This document shows positions 60,100 through 64,000 of a stretch of DNA of 64,000 nucleotides, piece by piece. Under the pieces are notes generated by a model. The model had not been told where the DNA came from. It searched no databases and saw only the letters and a list, made by a program, of their open reading frames with translations. The position numbers and the translations under genes are program-made. Source of the DNA: an uncultured Thiotrichaceae bacterium (GTDB taxonomy: Bacteria; Pseudomonadota; Gammaproteobacteria; Thiotrichales; Thiotrichaceae); NCBI GenBank assembly GCA_937925855.1, contig CALAMO010000002.1:16020-80019 (forward strand), given 5' to 3'. How positions within the stretch are numbered: position 1 is the stretch's first letter; each line of letters begins with the position of its first letter.

Positions 60100-61944
60100 A
60101 TGCCCGAATACCGCTCAAAAACCTCAACCGCTGGCCGCAATATGGCCGGTGCACGCGCCCTGTGGCGTGCGACCGGGATGAAAGACGATGATTTCAGCAA
60201 ACCGATCATCGCGATTTCCAATTCCTTCACCCAGTTCGTGCCGGGTCATGTTCACCTGAAAGACCTCGGTCAGATGGTAGCGCGGGAAATTGAAGCGCAC
60301 GGCGGTGTGGCCAAGGAATTTAATACGATTGCGGTAGACGACGGTATCGCAATGGGCCACGGCGGTATGCTGTACTCACTGCCCTCACGCGAAATCATCG
60401 CCGATGCGGTCGAGTATATGGTGAACGCCCACTGCGCCGACGCGCTGGTGTGTATCTCCAACTGCGACAAAATCACCCCCGGCATGCTGAACGCAGCGAT
60501 GCGCCTCAATATCCCCACGGTTTTTGTTTCCGGTGGCCCGATGGAATCAGGTAAGGCAGTGATTAAGGGCAAGGTGATTAAGCTTGATCTGGTTGACGCG
60601 ATGGTGTCGGCGGCAAATCCGAATGAGTCAGATGAAGATGTGAATCAAATCGAGCGCTCCGCCTGTCCGACCTGCGGCTCCTGTTCCGGTATGTTTACCG
60701 CGAACTCAATGAACTGCCTGACGGAAGCGCTGGGCCTGAGCTTACCGGGTAATGGCTCGCTGTTAGCAACGCACGCGGATCGTAAGGAATTATTTTTGCA
60801 GGCTGGCCGTACGGCGGTTGAACTGGCGAAGCGTTATTACGAAGAAGACGATGAATCCGTGTTACCACGCTCGATTGCCAACAAACAGGCCTTCAGCAAT
60901 GCGATGTGCCTTGATGTCGCCATGGGTGGTTCGACCAATACGGTATTACACCTGTTGGCTGCCGCGCAGGAAGGTGAAGTCGATTTTGATGTCTCTGATA
61001 TTGATGCCCTGAGCCGTCGCGTGCCCAATCTGAGCAAAGTTGCCCCCGCAACCCAGCTGTATCACATGGAAGACGTGCATCGTGCCGGTGGGGTCATGGG
61101 TATTCTGGGTGAGCTGGATCGTGCCGGACTGATTGACCGTGAATGTGGCACCGTACACAGCGAAAACATGGGCGCAGCGCTGGATCAATGGGACATTATG
61201 CGTGATCCTGATGAGGCGGTGCGCGAATTCTACAGTGCCGCACCGGGCAATGTGCCAACGCAGCAAGCCTTCTCCCAGGCGAAACGTTGGGAGCTGGATA
61301 CCGACCGCGCTAATGGCTGTTTGCGCTCGAAGGAAAATGCCTACTCACAGGATGGTGGTTTAGCCGTACTTTTTGGCAATATTGCACTGGAAGGCTGCGT
61401 GGTGAAAACCGCTGGTGTGGATGAGAGTATTCTCAAATTCTCCGGCCCGGCGCGTATCTTTGAATCACAGGATGCGGCGGTAGAAGGTATTCTCGGTGAT
61501 ACCGTAAAAGAAGGCGATGTGGTTGTTATCCGCTACGAAGGCCCACGCGGTGGGCCGGGCATGCAGGAAATGCTGTACCCGACCTCCTACCTGAAATCCA
61601 AAGGATTGGGTAAAGCCTGTGCGCTGGTGACTGACGGGCGTTTCTCCGGGGGTACTTCTGGCCTGTCGATTGGGCATGCTTCGCCGGAAGCGGCTGAGGG
61701 CGGTGCGATTGGCCTGATCGAAGAAGGCGATACTATTGATATTGATATTCCGAACCGGACGATTGATGTGCGTTTGTCGGCTGAGGATTTGGCGGCGCGG
61801 CGTGAGGCGATGGATGCTAAGGGCGCTGATGCCTGGAAGCCGATTGGACGCGAGCGGGTGGTGACGACGGCGTTGAAGGCTTATGCTTTGTTGACGACTT
61901 CGGCGTCTAAGGGGGCGGTTAGGGATGTTACGCTGTTGGGGTGA
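60100..61944 (+). CDS. ilvD: Dihydroxy-acid dehydratase
   Basis: [27 protein letters not shown]-terminus. Fe-S ligand motifs ([24 protein letters not shown]). 614 aa. Confidence 0.97.
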   Translation: MPEYRSKTSTAGRNMAGARALWRATGMKDDDFSKPIIAISNSFTQFVPGHVHLKDLGQMVAREIEAHGGVAKEFNTIAVDDGIAMGHGGMLYSLPSREIIADAVEYMVNAHCADALVCISNCDKITPGMLNAAMRLNIPTVFVSGGPMESGKAVIKGKVIKLDLVDAMVSAANPNESDEDVNQIERSACPTCGSCSGMFTANSMNCLTEALGLSLPGNGSLLATHADRKELFLQAGRTAVELAKRYYEEDDESVLPRSIANKQAFSNAMCLDVAMGGSTNTVLHLLAAAQEGEVDFDVSDIDALSRRVPNLSKVAPATQLYHMEDVHRAGGVMGILGELDRAGLIDRECGTVHSENMGAALDQWDIMRDPDEAVREFYSAAPGNVPTQQAFSQAKRWELDTDRANGCLRSKENAYSQDGGLAVLFGNIALEGCVVKTAGVDESILKFSGPARIFESQDAAVEGILGDTVKEGDVVVIRYEGPRGGPGMQEMLYPTSYLKSKGLGKACALVTDGRFSGGTSGLSIGHASPEAAEGGAIGLIEEGDTIDIDIPNRTIDVRLSAEDLAARREAMDAKGADAWKPIGRERVVTTALKAYALLTTSASKGAVRDVTLLG

Positions 61945-61952
61945 ATAAAGAA

Positions 61953-62085
61953 AAATCCCCCTCGTCTCCCCTTTTGCAAAGGGGAGTGCCCTCCAGCAAA
62001 AACAAGGGTGTTTATCGAAGGGTCTCCCCCTTTGTTTCAAACGTTTTGCTTTGTAAATGTTGCTTTGGGGAAACGAGGGGGATTT
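61953..62085. repeat. MITE/REP-like element bounded by 13-bp perfect inverted repeats
   Basis: AAATCCCCCTCGT (61953-61965) pairs with ACGAGGGGGATTT (62073-62085). An inner 9-bp-stem hairpin, CTCCCCTTT-TGC-AAAGGGGAG, lies at 61966-61986. There is an internal direct repeat, TCTCCCC(C)TTT. The element fills the gap between convergent genes. Confidence 0.6.
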
Positions 62086-62094
62086 AATCTTTAA

Positions 62095-63045
62095 TCAAGC
62101 ACAAAACGGACTATCAGCCGTCCAGCGGTGCTGTGGAACATGAGGCTTCTTAGCCACCTTAAGTCGGGTGTCCTCCCAGCGTTTTCTCCACGTCCGCCAG
62201 TCCCGCAGCTCACGCTCCGGCTCAATTTTTGAACGCGCTACAAAATCTGGAAAATGCGAGCGCCCCGTCGGCTGGCCGGTGACGTTATAGCGCAAATCGA
62301 ATGACCAGCGATAGCTATCTTCCGAAACATTCGGCAACGAAGAATGCGGCGTTAACGGATGAAACAATACCACGCCCCCCGCTTTCACTGGCAGCGGCAC
62401 TGCTTTAGATTCATCCAAATAGTCATCCGCAATCGCGGTCTGTTGTTTCGGGCAGTGCGGCAGCATTTCGTCATGTGCCCCCGGAATCACCTGCAGGCAT
62501 CCATTCTCAACGGTGACATCAGTAATCGCCACCCAAACCGTCACCATGTCGGTATTGTCCGCTTCCGCATGCCCCACGCCGCGATCCTGATGCCAGTCGG
62601 TGACATTGATATGTGGGCGGATTTCGCCTGCCGCCATTTGCTGTGGTGGTGGTTTGATGCGAACATGCTGAATCGGGTTAGAGGTAATCTCCGGCCCGAT
62701 CAGGCTCTCCACAATGTCCAGCACACGCGGGCTGGTCACAATATCAAAAATCGCCGGGCCAAAATGCATGGGCGTATCGGTACGGATATTATCGAACGGC
62801 AGGCTAATATCCAGCGGTTGAAACCAGTCGAGTCCGGCGGCGCTGCATTGGGCTAGCTGTTGCCAAAACGTTGTGCTAACCGGCACATTGTCCAGCAAGC
62901 CCTGCGTGCGCCATTGCCGATATTGTGTGTCCAGCAGTTCAGCATATTCCGTGCGTAGGGCAGCTAAACGCGCCGCTTCGATCACGTTTTCAACGACCAG
63001 GTAGCCTTGTTGGTGAAATTGATTAACTTGTGTGGCGTTTAGCAT
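62095..63045 (-). CDS. Phytanoyl-CoA dioxygenase (PhyH) family Fe(II)/2-oxoglutarate oxygenase
   Basis: 316 aa. WHQD...H motif pattern (TDWHQDRG, then VLFHPLTPHSS) is typical of PhyH-family enzymes. Confidence 0.85.
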   Translation of the reverse strand: MLNATQVNQFHQQGYLVVENVIEAARLAALRTEYAELLDTQYRQWRTQGLLDNVPVSTTFWQQLAQCSAAGLDWFQPLDISLPFDNIRTDTPMHFGPAIFDIVTSPRVLDIVESLIGPEITSNPIQHVRIKPPPQQMAAGEIRPHINVTDWHQDRGVGHAEADNTDMVTVWVAITDVTVENGCLQVIPGAHDEMLPHCPKQQTAIADDYLDESKAVPLPVKAGGVVLFHPLTPHSSLPNVSEDSYRWSFDLRYNVTGQPTGRSHFPDFVARSKIEPERELRDWRTWRKRWEDTRLKVAKKPHVPQHRWTADSPFCA

Positions 63046-63129
63046 GAGGCAGTCACTTCCAGTTTCCAGTTTGTTGCTGCAGCCAGCGACCTATATGCAT
63101 TTGATGGTGTAAGCGCTACACGCACATGA

Positions 63130-63561
63130 TTAGTGCTGTCTTTGTTGAATAAACTCAGAGCTGCTGAGTTTCGGCAGTGCTTCTGAGTAGAATTTTTTAT
63201 CGTTCGTGAGAATGCATTCGCATCGGCTATGCATCGCCAGGACGTACTGTATCGTGTCTTCAAGATCGCTATATCTCGCGTTCTTATTCATTAGATGAAT
63301 GGCTTGTTCAAGCAGCGCGTTGCCAAAGGGAACAATTTCAAAAATATTGCTCACTTTTTCCAAAGCGGTTAACGCATCGCTTTTACCTTTGGCTTTAGCG
63401 GTAATGTAATAAACCGTAGTGACTAAGTCGCAGCTGGTTACCAGTCGTATGTTATTTTGCAGGCAATATTCGACGCATTGATGGCTTTCCTGATGGAAAC
63501 GACGGCTGTCATCGTAAATATCATTGATGATGTTGGCATCAACAAACAAACGTTGCGTCAT
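63130..63561 (-). CDS. vapC: PIN-domain ribonuclease toxin (VapC-like)
   Basis: LFVDANI (Asp8), DLEDTIQ and ILTND acidic residues at PIN positions. The start overlaps the upstream gene's stop by 4 nt. Confidence 0.87.
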   Translation of the reverse strand: MTQRLFVDANIINDIYDDSRRFHQESHQCVEYCLQNNIRLVTSCDLVTTVYYITAKAKGKSDALTALEKVSNIFEIVPFGNALLEQAIHLMNKNARYSDLEDTIQYVLAMHSRCECILTNDKKFYSEALPKLSSSEFIQQRQH

Positions 63562-63824
63562 AGCTGGCGCTCACTCTTCATGCTTTGGATTGACTGTTCG
63601 TCACCAATCATGCCGCTAAAAACCCCCTTAATGTCCTGTAAGTCTTGTAGGCGTTGCTGATTGCGTAGCGCTTCAGACTCTTTATGGATAAGCTCTTGAA
63701 TAATTTGGCTTTGTTTCTTGTTGAGGATGCCTGCAAGAAAAGCTAACTCGCGCGCAGTCTCTTCCTTCATGGTGAAGTTTTTTCTGAGTGAGCCGCTGGT
63801 TTCATGTTGCTGAGTATTATTCAT
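63558..63824 (-). CDS. Putative ribbon-helix-helix antitoxin (VapB-like)
   Basis: KNFTMKEETARELAFLAGILNKKQSQIIQELI fits an RHH strand-helix-helix. I prefer the start at ATG 63824; the track ORF extends to 63938. No clear SD. Confidence 0.68.
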   Translation of the reverse strand: MNNTQQHETSGSLRKNFTMKEETARELAFLAGILNKKQSQIIQELIHKESEALRNQQRLQDLQDIKGVFSGMIGDEQSIQSMKSERQL

Positions 63825-63837
63825 GACGTGCTTTTTA

Positions 63838-63866
63838 TGTGTATGCAAGATACACACTATATCATA
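63838..63866 (-). promoter_or_regulatory. Candidate TA promoter -10 (TATGAT) with an adjacent 7-bp-arm palindrome, a possible operator
   Basis: TGTGTAT-GCAAG-ATACACA lies at 63838-63856. On the minus strand, TATGAT lies at 63861-63866, immediately upstream. Confidence 0.35.
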
Positions 63867-64000
63867 CGCACCAGAGATCCTAAAATGGCTGTTTGTCTGG
63901 CAAGGGGTGTAGTTAAGCGTTAATTTGTTCGCAGACAAAATTACCGATAGACGGTACTATTCAGTCATACCCGATGAGATTGAACAATGGCCGATACTTC

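Noticed and set aside
61465-62040. 191-aa minus-strand ORF overlapping the ilvD 3' end and the repeat element
   Set aside because: It is antisense to a highly conserved ilvD region, Arg/Pro-rich, and runs into the noncoding inverted-repeat element.
62359-62856. 165-aa plus-strand ORF inside the PhyH-family gene
   Set aside because: It is antisense to a gene with clear family motifs, and has no start context.

Overview
Origin-proximal chromosomal segment of a gammaproteobacterium; I cannot assign a genus. It is mostly conserved core genes. These are dnaA(partial)-dnaN-recF-gyrB, prlC, glnE, a tandem hsp20 pair divergent from cbpA, and trmB and cysQ. A complete ybgC-tolQRAB-pal-cpoB cluster, dinB, znuACB-like genes, ubiK, gor, dsbB, prfC, a large MscS/MscK-type channel, a rimK operon and ilvD follow. 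I found no tRNA, rRNA, CRISPR array, integrase or transposase. The non-core content worth a second look is as follows. (1) Two tandem, homologous, terminator-capped sRNA-like units lie between dinB and znuA, with conserved class-II CRP promoter geometry. (2) A translationally coupled pair (small acidic protein plus a Rad50/SMC-like ABC ATPase interrupted by a transmembrane hairpin) sits beside the tol-pal cluster. (3) A visibly AT-rich patch carries a 952-aa gene that fuses an unknown N-terminal domain, a ThiF/E1-like domain and a nitroreductase-like domain. (4) A secreted protein is built of three Cys-containing MVL-lectin-like repeats. (5) TolA, Pal and CpoB are all lengthened. (6) Smaller signals include divergent sigma32 promoters, a thrice-repeated 14-17 nt palindrome around recF/gyrB/prlC, and a hexanucleotide microsatellite in a ChaN-PDZ gene. 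They also include a MITE/REP-like inverted-repeat element after ilvD, an ECF sigma module and a VapBC-like pair. All functional calls rest on motif recognition in the supplied translations. No database search was run.
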